From: the human T2T-CHM13v2.0 reference genome, Homo sapiens
Reading direction: 5' to 3' (one strand)
NCBI RefSeq assembly: GCF_009914755.1
Contig: NC_060931.1
Length of the DNA stretch: 64,000 bases
Made by a program: the position numbers and the translations under genes. Below, in pieces: positions 47,558 through 61,785 of the stretch (position 1 is its first letter; every line of letters starts with the position of its first letter). The notes under the pieces are model-generated. The model was not told where the DNA came from. It was given only the letters and a program-made list of their open reading frames with translations, and searched no databases.

Positions 47558-47907
47558 AATTAACCTATACTAATCCTGTACTCTGTCATTAAAAACAAAC
47601 AAAAAAAAAACTTTTGTTAAATCTTACTGAGAAGGTCAAAAGATTTTTCCATAACATAAAATGGTTGGCTTAAATTTCCAAGAAGTATTTATTTGTAAGT
47701 TTTAGGCCAGAATATGGTTGGGTTTGTTTTGGTGTAGAAATCTTTTTTGTCACCTAACACCATAACTGTTTCTCATTGAAAATCAACTTTACTCAATATA
47801 AGTTAACTTACTGTGACATCACTGACCTAATTTTAAATAATTCAAAATTTTGAAAATGACTGACACTTTCCTCCAAGTAAGAAACACAGGTAAAGGTATA
47901 TTTCCTC

Positions 47908-48230
47908 TGTATTAGTCCATTTTCATGCTGCTGATGAAGACATACCCAAGACTGGGGAAAAAAAGAGGTTTAATTGGACTTACAGTTCCACATGGCTGGG
48001 GAGGCCTCAGAATCATGGTAGGAGGCAAAAGGCACTTCTTACATGGCAGTGGCAAGAGAAAATGAGGAAGAAGCAAAAGTGGAAACCCGTGAGAAACTCA
48101 TCAGATCTCGTGAGATTTATTCATTATCACGAGAATAGCACTAGAAAGACCGGTCCCCATGATTCAATTACCCCTCATGTGGGAATTCTGGGAGACACAA
48201 TTCAAGTTGAGGTTTGGGTGGGGACACAGC
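47908..48230 (-). mobile_element. THE1C-like solo LTR
   Basis: 'tgtattagtccattttcatgctgctgat...ttggacttacagttccacatggctgggg...ggtggggacacagc'. Confidence 0.88.
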
Positions 48231-50176
48231 TCATCTTCCTTTTAAAATACACTTTCAAGTAAAATAATTAACAGATACTTCACATCTCAATGCAGAATCT
48301 CAAAACAGTCAAATTCTAACTTTGATACTAAAAAGTTACCTTCATTGAGAAATACAGTCCTGCTCCTTTACACATTGCTAGAGACACTGAAATAGTCATT
48401 TACAGACTTGTTGAATTTTATTTTTTATATTTTAATCAAAATGTCTTATTTGGTAGTTCTACCCCCCAGAGTGAAATAGACTGAAACTCATCAACAAATT
48501 CATTGAGAGAAAGAGATAATTAAATATGTCATCCACTGCTCTTCAATTATTTTTGCCAAATTTTGTGAAGTTACCCTCTGAATACGGAGATTTTAGCAGT
48601 CCAGGTACGATCATTCCTCTGCCGCTTTATATAACCCATATTCTTACAATGTGCAGGTTAAAACAAGGCCAATGGCCTCATTGCTGAATTAAGATTTTCA
48701 TATTGTACATGCCTGAAAGGAAAATGTGACCTGAAATGGGCAGAATAATTCTAGGATTCCCTGGTTATAAACATACCTTGAAAGGCATTTGCCATCCAGC
48801 CACATCTTGTCTCTAACTATTAATGTAACCTTGGGTAGAGAACTAGACTTCGTGGTGCCTCTGACTTCAAGTATTTTAGCCACATCAGCAAAATCAACCC
48901 TCATGTGGAGGAGGATAAAAAGGGGAGTAGACAGAAGACTCTCATCTTCAAGCATTCCCATCCCACTGGGAGGAATATCCCCAGCATGAGAATGAGCACA
49001 TCAATTTTCCTAAAATCTGATACTATCATACATCGGTTTCCTCTCACTCCTATCACGCTAATTCCTTCTTGACCATCAGCCCTCTGATTATAATTTGACT
49101 TCTAATATGGTATGTTTTTGGGAGGGGAAGCAGTGAAAAAACATAAGATAATATGGACCTCACATTTTCTTGATACTGTTATTTTCTTATAAATTACCAA
49201 AGTATTAATGAGAGATCAAGCTGCACACTATTTCAATTACTATCATAGATATATTTCTTGTTATGATGAGTGAAATTAGTTTTATAGTCTTCCATTTTTA
49301 AACAGGTATGCTGTATGAGGAAGGAGGCTTTGTTTTTCACCTTTAATTATTCTCTAATTTTGCCAGACAAGCCAATAGAAAAAAAACAAAAAGCAGAAGA
49401 TGGGTCAAAACTTGTATGCATTGCTTTTACATGAAACACATTACTACAAATTCACCTCTGTCCATATTACCCAGGTTCAGCCTTGGTCCCCATCCTAAGA
49501 CCAGTCTATACAGGATTGTTAGGTCACTTTCCGAAAATCTCAAGGCTGTTGTGAAAACATAGACCAAATAAATGGGTATAGTGCCTAGTGTAGGAGAAAG
49601 AATAACCAATAATACCAAATTGCTGTTTGTCTTAAAAGCACCGTAATTTGAATGCTTTTACATCCTAGCATCTCCATAAATGACATACATTCACAGTACA
49701 GAGTTTGGGCATACTGTCCAAGTAGAAATTAAAATGTGAACCCTTACATTCTGACTCTAAGTTGGACATCACAGTGGATATAAGAAGTTATCGGAAAAAT
49801 ATAATTTTGTGGTCATTTTACATTCTCAATGAATTTTAAATACTACTTAAAAATTAGCTGTTCAATTTTTTATAACCTTTGGACACTGGTGGAACAGGAG
49901 CTAGGTTTGCACATGCATCCAATAGAGATAAATTAGGATTCATTTTGAAGGAGTTGTCTTATCCAACTTTCTTTTTGTTAAGAAAAAAAATCTGACATTA
50001 CAAAGTATAAAAGGAAAGTTTTAAAAACCAGGCAGTTTTTCCCCTATTAAATAGTTTCTACTTATATTCGTCTTCTGAAAGTTACAGGATGATGCCTTAT
50101 TAGCTTTGAGTATTAATAAATGACCTCATTCAATTTAAGCAAGTTATAAAAAAAAGTATTCTGAAGGGAAAGAGTG

Positions 50177-50447
50177 CTGCTACTTCCTCAAACGAGGAAA
50201 GTTAGTATCCAAACGTTATCATAAATAATGTACTTTTGCAAGTAAAAGAATGATATGTATGACATATATATATATAATATATATACACTTTTAAGATAAG
50301 TAGCCACACATTTTACTACTACTTCCTCAAATGAGGAAAGTTAGTATCTAAATGTTATCATAAATAATGTACTTTTGCAAGTAAAAGAATGATATGTATG
50401 ATATATATATATATATACACTTTTAAGATAAGTAGCCACACATTTTA
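50177..50447. repeat. Tandem duplication, 139-bp unit x2, each containing (TA)n
   Basis: 50177-50315 and 50316-50447 are nearly identical. Confidence 0.95.
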
Positions 50448-52149
50448 ACTCATCACTTTTCAGATACTAATGAACAAAAACATATAGGTTCTCAGTCCCT
50501 TCTCCCCTAGCCTAAACTTCTACAGTTTCTGCTGCATAAGAAGTCTGCATGGTATGGCAAAGGGCAGTGTCATAAGAGCACAAAATTAAGGTAAATAGAA
50601 TGCTTAATGACCTCATAGAAATCTAGTTCTCTTGACCCATTTGAATTGTACTCTTCACTTGCCCTCCACGATTAAATGTGTTAATGCTTATGCATCGTGC
50701 TCAATAGTTCATTTGGTACTTCTTACTGAATAGGAAACTTTTAGACTAATCCAGTTTTAAAATAAAGGAAGGTGTAAAAGCTAACAACATTATAAAGTTA
50801 GGAGTGATGTATAAAAAATGTGAAAGAATTAGGGCAAAATAGAATATAAAGCTCCTGTACCTATGAGCACTCAGCGTTTCAGCACTGCTAAGATGAGTTG
50901 CTAAAATTGAGATGTGTCAAGATTTACCATTTCAGAGCTTGAGTCTAGGTTATGACAAATCTTCTAAGCACTTAAAAGTTAAATGAGTACGGAGTGGATA
51001 ATGAGATTTTTTCTTTCTCTAAAATGTAAACCTGATGAATGATGCCTGAAAGCACCACCAGTCATTTTTATGAGTCCTCAGCAAAGCAATACAAGGCATT
51101 TTTGTTTTGTTGTTGTTTTTTTCTTTCTCTGTACCTAAAAGGAAGATTTTCTTTATTTTAGCTTTTCTAGGATGGTCACATCCCCTTTTGGAGACAATGT
51201 TACCTCTACAAACTTAAATAGCTAAGACAATATACTTTCTTCCTACATAATAAAAATCAAACTATAAATATAGTTTAGGATATAAATTGTAAATATGTAT
51301 TAATAATTTTATATCCTAATTAGGATTTTAGGATTATTTACAACAACCAAAAGTACATACATGTGATAATGAATTGGTTACAATTTATAAAAAGTCAAAT
51401 TGCAGATATACAATTGTGTATAATATGAATAATTTTTTATATGAAAACGGAAAGTAAATCCTGTAAAAAAGAAATATAGTGTGAGAGGAATCTAAAATTA
51501 ATTATCTTTGTGAACCTTAAAAAAAAGTATATTACTATTAATGTTTGATTCAAATATTTTTTCTGTTGTTTTCAAGCCCAGTTGTCAAAGATCAACTTCT
51601 AACATCAAAGACCTGACAAGAATTGTATGAAAGTGTCCTATTTCTATTGAAAAAAACCTCATCAATTAAAGTATTATTTTTATTAACAATAATTCTGAAG
51701 TATTTTTTACCATGTAAAAAAGGATACGCACCTACAGGTCTATAAACATTTTCTTCTCAAGGAAGATGGTCTTGAAAATATAATATTCAATGCTTGATAA
51801 CTTAATCCCATGAACATATTATAAATTTGCATCAAAAATATCTATTTCCATATTCAATTTAAATATGAGAGTCACCTTGAACTGTTTCTTAGAATCTAAA
51901 TGTAAAATGGAGAAATATCACCATTTACAAAGGGAACAGTAAAATGTTCTATGAAATATATCCAGAGAACCCTTGAAACAAGCTAAGGGGGCCAGAGGGG
52001 AAGAGGACACATAGGGTTGGAATTGCACATTTCTTTGGGAACCGTGACTATATATTGATTAAATATTTGGGATAAAAAATATGATAAAAATTATATATGT
52101 AGCAAAATAAAAAAATCCACTATGATGCAATTCAAAGTGCCTTCTGCAA

Positions 52150-52473
52150 TTTCTTTTCTTTTTCTTTTCCTTTTTTTTTTTTTTGTTTTTTGAGATGGAG
52201 TCTCACTCTGTTGCCCAGACTAGAGTACAGTGGCGCGATTTCGGCTCACTGCAACCTCTGCCTCCTGGGTTCAAGCAATTCTCCTGCCTCAGCCTCCTGA
52301 GTAGCTAGGAATACAGGTGCATGCCACCATGCCCAGCTAATTTTTGTATTTATTGTAGAGATGGGGTTTCACCATGTTGGCCAGGCTGGTCTCAAACTCC
52401 TGACCTCAGTTGATCTGCCCCCCTCGGCCTCCCAAAGTGCTGGTATTACAGGCATGAGCCACTGCTCCCAGCT
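52150..52473 (-). mobile_element. AluSx
   Basis: Full dimer with T-rich tail. Confidence 0.92.
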
Positions 52474-52789
52474 CCAATTTATTAAGTAGAAATTTTGTCA
52501 ATAGCTTTAAACAACAAAGTCCAGTTTAAAAAAAAGAAGAAAACCTTCAAGAAACAAAAAAACAATTTTAAAGGTTGATACTAACAAAACCTCATCTTTA
52601 TGCCAGATTCACATGTCTGACTACTTGCTTAAGAATTCTACCTGAAGGTTCAATGCATCTCTAACCTAATACAGCCAAACAGAAACTCCTGTTCCCCACT
52701 CTAGCCTACCCTATTTCTCTCTCATTTTTCAGAATATTTGTAAATCGTACCGTCATCCAACAAGCCAAAGATTAAACTGATAAATCTGT

Positions 52790-55100
52790 TCAACAAAGGG
52801 CATCATGAACAAAGCTAACAGACCGATGATGGTGTTAGAAAAGGTATTCTGTAATGTTAAAAACTGACATGATATTCATATTTAAAATATACAAGGAACA
52901 ACTACAAATCAGTTTAAAAAATACATCATCTACATATAAATATGGGTAAAATCTAGTACCCACAGGAAGAGGTGTTCAGACTCATTAGTAATTATAGAAA
53001 TTTAAATAAATACAGTGAGTTACCACATGATTCCTATATACTTATATCCAGAAATTTTGATAATATGAAATGTTGGTGGGGAAATGGGGCTAATTCTAAA
53101 ACACAAATTAAAAAAAAAAAAAACCATGTTGCTGGCCTGCTAAGACCATTCCAGATAGCAATCTGACACTAGTCAAATAAAACAAGGACATGTCTTATGT
53201 TCTAACAATTTCCTTCCTAGGTATATATCCCAAAGAAATACACAGGTCCTTAAGGGCATATATGTGAGTCTGTTTATTACATTATTTGTGGTAGTAGAGC
53301 TGAGTTGGGTTGGGACACTAAGATTTTGAAGCAATGTGCTATCCATCAGAGAGTGGATGGGCAAATGTACTAGTTGTCCATCACATAGTGCTATTAAAAG
53401 GAAAAGAATCAATGCAGACATAACAACATAGATAGATCTTAAAAATATAATGCTAAGTAAAAAAAGATCGTCAGAAAAGACATGAAGACATGAATGAAGC
53501 TTAAATTTACATCACTAAACAAAACAAGCTATTCTAAAAAGACTACATACTGTATTATTTCAATTATATAACATTCTGGATAAAGAAAAACTATAAGAAG
53601 ACTAAAACGATCAGTCTCCCTGGTGTATGGGAAAAGTGGGGAGCAATGAATATGCAAAGCTCGAGGGATTTTTAGGGTCTTGAAACTATACTTCATGGTA
53701 TTTGGTGGCTACATGATATTATAGGATTCTTATTTATCAAAACCTATAGGGCTTTACACAACACAGAGTGAACGTTATTGTATTCAAATTTTAAAAAATC
53801 ATTTAGAAAGTTGGAGGATCTCCGCAAAGAATGTAGACTGTGACAAGAAAATCTAATTGTATTACAAATATATGGAACAACCTCATTGTATGGGGTAAGA
53901 AAGGTACTGACCTAACTTTGGAAATGAATAGAATCCGTAAAAGTAAAGGCAAAAGGACCTGCACATAACTACTGCACTCGAGCTAATAAAGTTGTTTCCT
54001 ACAGGGGTACACGTTAACAATTCTTATATCTGCCTACAAGTTCTTCATCTCCATCTGAGACCACCGCAGCCTGGATTTCATGGTCCATATCATTATCAGC
54101 ATTTTGGTCAACGCCATCCAATAAGTCTCTAGGGAGCTCCAAACTTTCCCACATTTTCCTGTCTTCTCCTGAGCCCTCCAAACTGTTCCAACCTCTGCCT
54201 ATTACCCAGTTCTAAAGTTGCTTCCACATTTTCAGGTATCTTTACAGCAGCGCCCCACTCCTGGGACCAATTTATCATGTTAGTCCATTCTCATGCTGCT
54301 ATAAAGAACCGTCCGAGACTGGGTAATTTATAAAGGAAACAGGTTTAGTTGACTCACAGTTCCACATGGCCAGTTAGGCCTCAGAAAACTTACAATCATG
54401 GTGGAAGTGGAAGCAAACATCCTTCACATGGTGGCAAGAAGGAGAAGTGCCACGCAAAGGAGAAAAAGCCACTTATAAAACTATCAGATCTTGTAAAAAC
54501 TCACTCACTATTAGGAGAACAGCATTAACTGCCCCCATGATTCAATTATATCCACCTGGTCCCACCCTCGAGACATGGGATTATTTCAATTCAAGGTGAG
54601 ATTGAATGGTGGGGACACAGAGCCAAACCATATCACCACCTATATCAGAACTTCCCCCACAGACATTTTTTAACTGTTCTGATTACAGCTTTAGAATTAA
54701 TTACACAGATACAGAGGAAACAGAAATTATTAAGTGACATAGTGCCATAAAATCAGTTCAGATTTTGGAAAACTCCATAGAACAAATGACAATGTTTTTT
54801 CAAAAAAAAAGTTAAAGGAGAAAAAGAAGAATAAGACAAAGAAGGAGAAGAAGAAAAAATGGAGACAGAGAGACTTATAGATTAAAACGGATTTTAAAGA
54901 AATAGCCAATTGCAACGTGTGGATGTTGTTTGGATCCCTATTCAAATAACAAACTATGGAGAAAACATAATAAACTATGTTTTCAAACTATGGAGAAAAC
55001 ATAACAAACAATGGAGAAAACATAAACACTACATTTTACCATATTAAGTAATGATTTTTAACTTTATTTAGGTGTAATAATGGCACTGTAGTTACGGTTT
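52790..55100 (+). mobile_element. L1MC-like LINE fragments, interrupted by THE1
   Basis: 'gactacatactgtattatttcaattatataacattctgga', 'aataaagttgtttcctacaggggta', 'tgcaacgtgtggatgttgtttggatcc'. Confidence 0.75.
54036..54636 (-). mobile_element. THE1 5' LTR plus ~240 bp of adjoining internal sequence (truncated provirus)
   Basis: LTR 54277-54636 ends 'gagccaaaccatatca'; internal 'gccccactcctgggaccaattt' and 'ctccaaactgttccaacctctgcct'. Confidence 0.85.
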
Positions 55101-55102
55101 TT

Positions 55103-55575
55103 AAATTATACTTTAAGTTATAGGATACATGTGCAGGTTTGCTACATAGGTATACATGTGCCATGGTGGTTTGGGGCACCCATCAACCCGTCATCTACAT
55201 TAGGTATTTCTCCTAATGCTCTCCCACTCCTAGCGCCCCACCCCCTGACAAGCCCCAGTGTGTGATGTTCCCCTCTCTGTGTCCATGTGTTCTCATTGTT
55301 CAACTCCCACTTAGGAGTGAGAACATGCGGTGTTTTGTTTTCTGTTCTTGTGTTAGTTTGCTGAGAATGATGGTTTCCAGCGTCATCCACGTCCTTGCAA
55401 AGGACATGAACTCATCCTTTTTTATGGCTGCATAGTATTCCATGGTGTATATGTGCCACATTTTCTTGATCCAGTCTGTCATTGATGAGCATTTGGGTTG
55501 TTTCCAAGTCTTTGCTATTGTGAACAGTGCCGCAATAAACATACATGTGCATGTGTCTTTATAGTAGAATGGTTT
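55103..55575 (-). mobile_element. L1PA7-like 3' end
   Basis: 'cccgtcatctacattaggtatttctcctaatgct'; ORF 55300-55542 is the ORF2 C-terminus. Confidence 0.9.
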
Positions 55576-56799
55576 GGTATGTATAAAAATATCTTTAAAA
55601 AGTCATAAAAACAAAATATATTTTGCAAATCACATACAAACAAAAAGATAAAATGATATATTACGATGGTTTCCTATGTAATGTAAAGGAAATCTAGAGA
55701 ACGACAGAAAAAATAATCAGCAAATCCAAACCAAACAATGAAACAAAGTGATCAGTGATGATAACGTGCCATGAAATAAGGAGCATGATTAATGCAACTA
55801 TTTCCACTAGAAGCCCAAAGTAAAGAAACCAAACAAAAGCAAAACACAATAGTAATTTTATATGCATGGCCCTAAACATTTTAATTTTCATGAAATTAAT
55901 GTGAATCATTTCAGTCTTACAAATGAAGACACTGAGACTGACAGAGTTCCTCAGGATTGGCAGTCAGTATACCACCACAGTCAAGCCTCAAACTTCCCAC
56001 TCAGAGTCAGAAGCCCCAGAACACCTAAACTTGTATGAAGTAATTTAAAATTTCCAGCCCTAACAAACCACCGGATTGTGACGCCATGTTGCTTCTTCAT
56101 ACACTCGCTTATGAAATATCTATGCTCTAATTAAATATGATATACAGTCTCCTAGTTCCATTTCAGTTATGAATGCTTCCCTTTCTTTGTGTCTAGTTCC
56201 TTTCTAGAAGAGCCCTGTTGCAATAAACTTGTTTTTCACTTCTATACTTATTTTTTAAGAGTTTTTAACATGAACAGATGCTGAATTTTGTTAAATGCTT
56301 TTTCTACATCTATTGAGATGTTCATGTAGCTTCTTTTTTGGGGTATAAATGCACATTTCCAAGTAAAAAGCATTGTAGATAAAAGGAACAGAGAATGAAA
56401 TTTTGAGCATCGATTTATTAATGTTGCACATCAAATTTTATGCTAAGTTCTAGTTAGAGTTGGTTTCATAAATTGTTTTAAATGAAGTGTATGTTAAGGA
56501 TAATTTTTTAAAAATTATACACTATTTAGCTTTAGAAATAAAATTCTTTAAGACAACCTGGATGACATGCAGCATTAAGTGTTGCTGCTAATAATCTTAA
56601 AGCCACATTTAACCTATTCAAAGTTCTGTCATGAATGTAGCCACAATGAACTAGTGCTTTCAAGGGCAGCAATCTGTACATCTAAGATGTAAGTTCAATG
56701 AACACAACGTAAGATCTGCATACTGAGTTGTATCTATGGCCAATTGGTCTAGGCTCTTGTCATTAGAAACTGCTTCAATTTGTTTTTCTCAGGGAGAGG

Positions 56800-57070
56800 A
56801 TAATGTAGCAATTAAGGGCATGAAACAGTGCCTGTGTGACCAGAATGCTGGGTATATGCCATCTCTGTACCTTGCTAGCTGTAAATAATACCTTGTGCTT
56901 ATGTTTTTTCACCTGAGATATTGGAAAAATAAGAATAGCTACTTTACAGAATTGTTGTGAGCTTGTTATACAAGTTAACAAAAAACAAAAACAAACAAGT
57001 TAATATACATAATCACTCAGCATGGCGCTGGACACATGGTGAGACTCTGTCAGCATTAGCCATGATCACT
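56800..57070 (+). mobile_element. MIR
   Basis: 'ttcacctgagatattggaaaaataagaatagctactttacagaattgttgtgag...ctcagcatggcgctggacacatggtgag'. Confidence 0.7.
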
Positions 57071-57224
57071 ATTTTCATTATGAATGAAGAGCCTGGCTGC
57101 TCCCCACGTTTGATAATTGTTATTGATAACTAAATGTGAAGCTCCTATCTATGAATATCACTAAACCCTCTCCATGCTAACTTATAGGACAATGAGGTAC
57201 GTAAGAATTTGTCTGAAATAGCTG

Positions 57225-57395
57225 GTTCCCAAGGGGAAGTCCATGGATAGACAGGCTCAGGGCTTCTATAAACTCCTCAGATAATATTTAAAATTTTAAG
57301 TGCGTTTATAAAGGTACATTTTTATGGAGAGAAGGTTGACAGTTTTTATCACATTCTCAAATGGGTTTATGACCCAGAAAAGTTAAGAATCTCTT
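57225..57395. mobile_element. hAT-Charlie-type MITE
   Basis: 'ttatcacattctcaaatgggtttatgacccagaaaagttaagaatc'. Confidence 0.5.
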
Positions 57396-57399
57396 TAAA

Positions 57400-57895
57400 C
57401 TCTAAAAGATAAAATCCAAACTCTTTCCCTGGCACAGGAGCTGATATCTAATTGCTTCTCTGCCCACCTTTTTAGCCTTATCTACCACCATCTCCTTTTC
57501 TCTCCGAGACACAACAGGTTTTCACCAGTTCTCCCAAATAAACTGTGCAGTGTCTTAACTGCACACATTTTGCTCATCTTGTCCCCTCTAGTGGTCTCCT
57601 GATCCCTTCCCTCTTGGTAACACTGATTCTTCTGCCTATTTTGAGGCAGGCTCAGGAACGCCCTCCTCCAGGAATCCTTCCTACGCCAGTCTGTGGCATG
57701 GCATGTGCTGCTTCTCTGGGCTCCCATAATATTCTCTACATACTTGCAATGCTGTTTTTTTAAAAAATCTCATTCTATAGCGTTGTTATATTTAGTGAAG
57801 AGACGGTTAGCTCTTTGAGAATAAATTATCCACCTTCAATCCAGCAAAGTGCCTGATACAAATAAGTCCTTAATAATATTTTGATCGAATGAATA
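57400..57895 (+). mobile_element. L2 3' end
   Basis: 'cagcaaagtgcctgatacaaataagtccttaataatattttgatcgaatgaat'. Confidence 0.65.
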
Positions 57896-58410
57896 CATTT
57901 TAAAAATTGTTCAATGCCTTTTATTTTCATATGGCTTTCTCTGCTCCTGGAAATACTATATAGTATGAAATAAGCTCAGAAAAAAATGTTAAGCTTTCAA
58001 TTACTATTACCAAAATTTCAAAGAGTGCCCACTTCTTAATAGGCTAGCATCACTCAGGAGAAAATCAATCCTCCTCCACTGTCCCTTGAGCAACATTGTT
58101 GTATGTTAAACTTGCCTGATAAAATGAGACCAATGTTCTATACTCTGTGCCTTTTACCTTGAGGACTCCTACTAGGGATAAAATTGGCTTACTGTCATAA
58201 GACAATTGGAAAGGCCAATGTCTCCACAATGAATCAATTTTGGGGGTCCTCTGTCATCATGCCTTTTTCCACAGAGGAAGCAATCCCGTTCCTCATCAAC
58301 ACTATCTCAGCTAAAACAGAATATTCTTCCTTCTTGATAAGAAAACTGATTACATCTATTCCTTTCTTTCTATTTAGAAATTTATCTACATGCAATAGCA
58401 GGTGGCAGGT

Positions 58411-58727
<317 letters not shown>

Positions 58728-58781
58728 TCATAATTAAAAAATTGATTGGGGAGAAAAAAGCCATATAGATTTTTTCAATGC

Positions 58782-59141
58782 TGATATGGATATGTCCCCA
58801 CTCAAATCTCATCTTGAATTTTAGCTTCCATAATTCCCATGTATTGTGAGAGGGACCCAGTGGGAGGTAAACAAATCATGGGGGCAGGTTTTTCCCATGC
58901 TGTTCTTGTGATACTGATTAAATCTCACAAGATCTGATGGTTTTATAAAGGGCAGTTCCTCTGCACACTCTCTCTTCCCTGCCACCATGTCAGATGTGCT
59001 TTTGCTCCTCTTTCACCTTCTGCCATGATTGTGAGGCCTCCCCAGCCAGGCGGAACTGTGAGTCCATTAAACCTCTTTTTCTTTATAAATTACCCAGTCT
59101 TGGGTACGTCTTTATTAGCAGTGTGAGAACAGACTAATACA
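58782..59141 (+). mobile_element. THE1D-like solo LTR
   Basis: tgatatgg...ctaataca termini with perfect TSD aatgc. Confidence 0.92.
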
Positions 59142-59289
59142 AATGCTTACTCCTAGGTGAACCTCATAGTGCGCAGAAGATATGTAAAACTGGTTATTTT
59201 TTTCTTAATCCTTTTGGAGCCTTCCATATGTATCCAATAACATTTAGAGAGTAACTGTGGATTCTTATAAAGAAAAGGTATAGAAGCAG

Positions 59290-59470
59290 CATTCAGAAAA
59301 TTCCTAGATTGTTGATGGATTTGCCATGGATTCACTATGTTGTCCTATGCATAATTTCTTCATCTCAGAAGTAGGAAAAATGTACCTAGCCTGCTTACTT
59401 AAAAGGGCTGCTGGGAGAAGCAAATGAGATGATGATGAAGGTAGTTCATAAATTGTAAAAGTGTTAAGTG
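59290..59470 (+). mobile_element. MIR fragment
   Basis: 'tttcttcatctcagaagtagg...gggctgctgggagaagcaaatgagatgat'. Confidence 0.5.
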
Positions 59471-60676
59471 GACCAAAGTGTTCAGTATATAAGTAAAAAT
59501 GTTATTGTTTTTTAATTTTCCATCCTTTTGGATACAGAGGATATTTCATAAATCATGCACGGCGGTCAAGAGATTTAGTATATTAATATTCAGTATATCT
59601 TCAATGTTTAGACTATCAGATCTACTTAATATTTTATAAGCAGTTTCTCAGTCTGATTCAGAAAACAATATGAAATTGGGAATACCTCTCCTCTTCTATG
59701 TTTATTCAAACTAAGTTTCTCTTTCTGTGTGTGTCTATCACCTTAGGTTATATCCTGCTAACCTGCTTTCAGACTCTGAAACTTTTTAAAAAAAAATTCC
59801 ACTGGTATACTATTCTGTATATATGTAAGTCAAGTATCATAATTCAGATAATAACAAAGTTATGAAGAATTAATTAGAGCTTTTAAAAGACAAACACACT
59901 AGTTTTCAAAAAAAAAAAAAAAAAACAACAACAACAAAAAAAACCAAATCCTTCTCAATAGACCTAAGATCTAGAATCCTTACTTTCCTTTTTCTTAGTA
60001 AAACTGTGTGGTGCGTGTGTGTACTTATATATTACATGTGTTCTATGTATATGTGTGTATTGTGGGGGAGGGAGACATCTTACACAATTCCTTGAAAGAG
60101 CTTTAAAATATCTAGGGTAAATGTATGGTCTGAATAAATACCCTCCAGCCCCACCTGTCCCAGCTTAACTTTCTTTGTAAAATTTTCCACTTTTCTTCAC
60201 TTTTAGTTTTGATTACTTTCAGAACAAGTAAGATGAAAATTCTCCCACATTTGGAGGAAAAAACCTTAATTGGCCGAGAACTAGAACAACCCAGCTGGAG
60301 CTGTATGGAGCTCTTTATATAGAAACTTTCACTTATGCCAATCTTCTTCCCAGAGGCTCATTTCATTTCCCTGCTGGTAACACTCAAATCACTTCACAGT
60401 TCATTGATAACTGCATTGGCAACCTTTTGTTTTCAATCAAAGGAAGATGCTGCAGCAATGCTCAATTGAACTAAGTATACATGACACAGTGTACCAGTGT
60501 CCTTGCCACAGAGGACTGTGGGAGGGGGGATAAAGGAAAAGATGACATCCTGCATCCAATATTCCATTACTTTACCTAGAATTGGATTATGATAAATTAT
60601 GGTGACAGAGCTCAGACAAATGCTGATGCCATCTTTTCTATTGTTGCACCTGCACACAACACTCTTATGGATTGCA

Positions 60677-60919
60677 TCAAGTCTCCAAATTGATTCTCTG
60701 TCACTCATGGTTGAAAATGAAAGGCCAATGTACAAATAAGTTTTTAAACAATTTCCATGAAGATTGAATTTGATATTTCCTCCCTTACTGCTTTGAAATC
60801 ACTGAGGGTCACAATAGGTTTTTGCTGATGAACACCTTTCTATAAATCTTCCTTGGTGAAAGACTTCTCTAAGGTCAAGGAACCTCTATGCTGTGTGGGT
60901 GAGAGGCAGGTATCAGGGT
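60677..60919 (+). repeat. Dispersed direct repeat, copy 1 (partner 63324-63567)
   Basis: About 84% identity over ~245 bp by manual alignment. Confidence 0.92.
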
Positions 60920-60973
60920 AGTGTTTCACTCCTTTCCCCTTGAAACATCATCATACCTAGGTTGCTTTAAAGC

Positions 60974-61002
60974 CCACCACCACCACCACCACCACCACCA
61001 CC
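60974..61002. repeat. (CCA)n trinucleotide repeat
   Basis: About 9-10 units. Confidence 0.9.
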
Positions 61003-61434
61003 ATTATCTGCATGTATTTGATGTATTTGTCCAGCAGTAACATGCTACCAACCACCAAAAGAAACAATTACTGTCCCAAGTAAGCACCCAAAATACAAGG
61101 AAAAGGCAAGTGTCAAATGAGAAATAAGTGGAGCAAGTTATAGCCTCTGACTCTTAACCAGGGATGTCCAGGCAGCCCACATTTTATAAGAGGAGGCAAT
61201 ACTGGATGCTTCTGGTAATGGAATAATACATTTAGATTATCTAAAACTTCCTATTTATTTAGACTTGGCTAGCATTAAACTGTGAAAATTGTTATTTCAT
61301 CTTTTATCAAAATATGCAATTATTTGTTTTTTAAAGTTCAGAAACAAGAAAAGTTATAACTCAATAAATTTTGTTTTAGGTTTAGAGTATTTGAGGCCCA
61401 AAGGAGAAAAAAAAATTTAAAAAAAGTGTTTGGT

Positions 61435-61785
61435 TGTTCCTAATGTTCCTCATGCACTTGCCTCCCAATTCATCTGTTGAAACCTAATCACCAATGTGAT
61501 AGTATTAAGAGGTAGAGCCTTAGGGAGGCAATTTAGTAATGAGGGCAGAGCCCTCATGAATGGGATTAGTACCTTTAAAAAAGAGGCCCTAGAGAGCTTA
61601 GTTGCCCCTTTCGCCATGGAAGAACACAGTAAGAAAGAGCCAACCAGCCAAGGGGCCCTCACCAGACACTGAATCTACTGGCGTCTTGATCTTGGACTTC
61701 CCAATCTCCATAACTATGAGAGATGAATTTGTTGTTTATAAAACCAAGTTTATGGTATTTTGTTATAGCAGCCGGAATGAAGACA
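61435..61785 (+). mobile_element. MLT1A0-like solo LTR
   Basis: 'gggcagagccctcatgaatgggattagt...ggtattttgttatagcagcc'. Confidence 0.85.
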
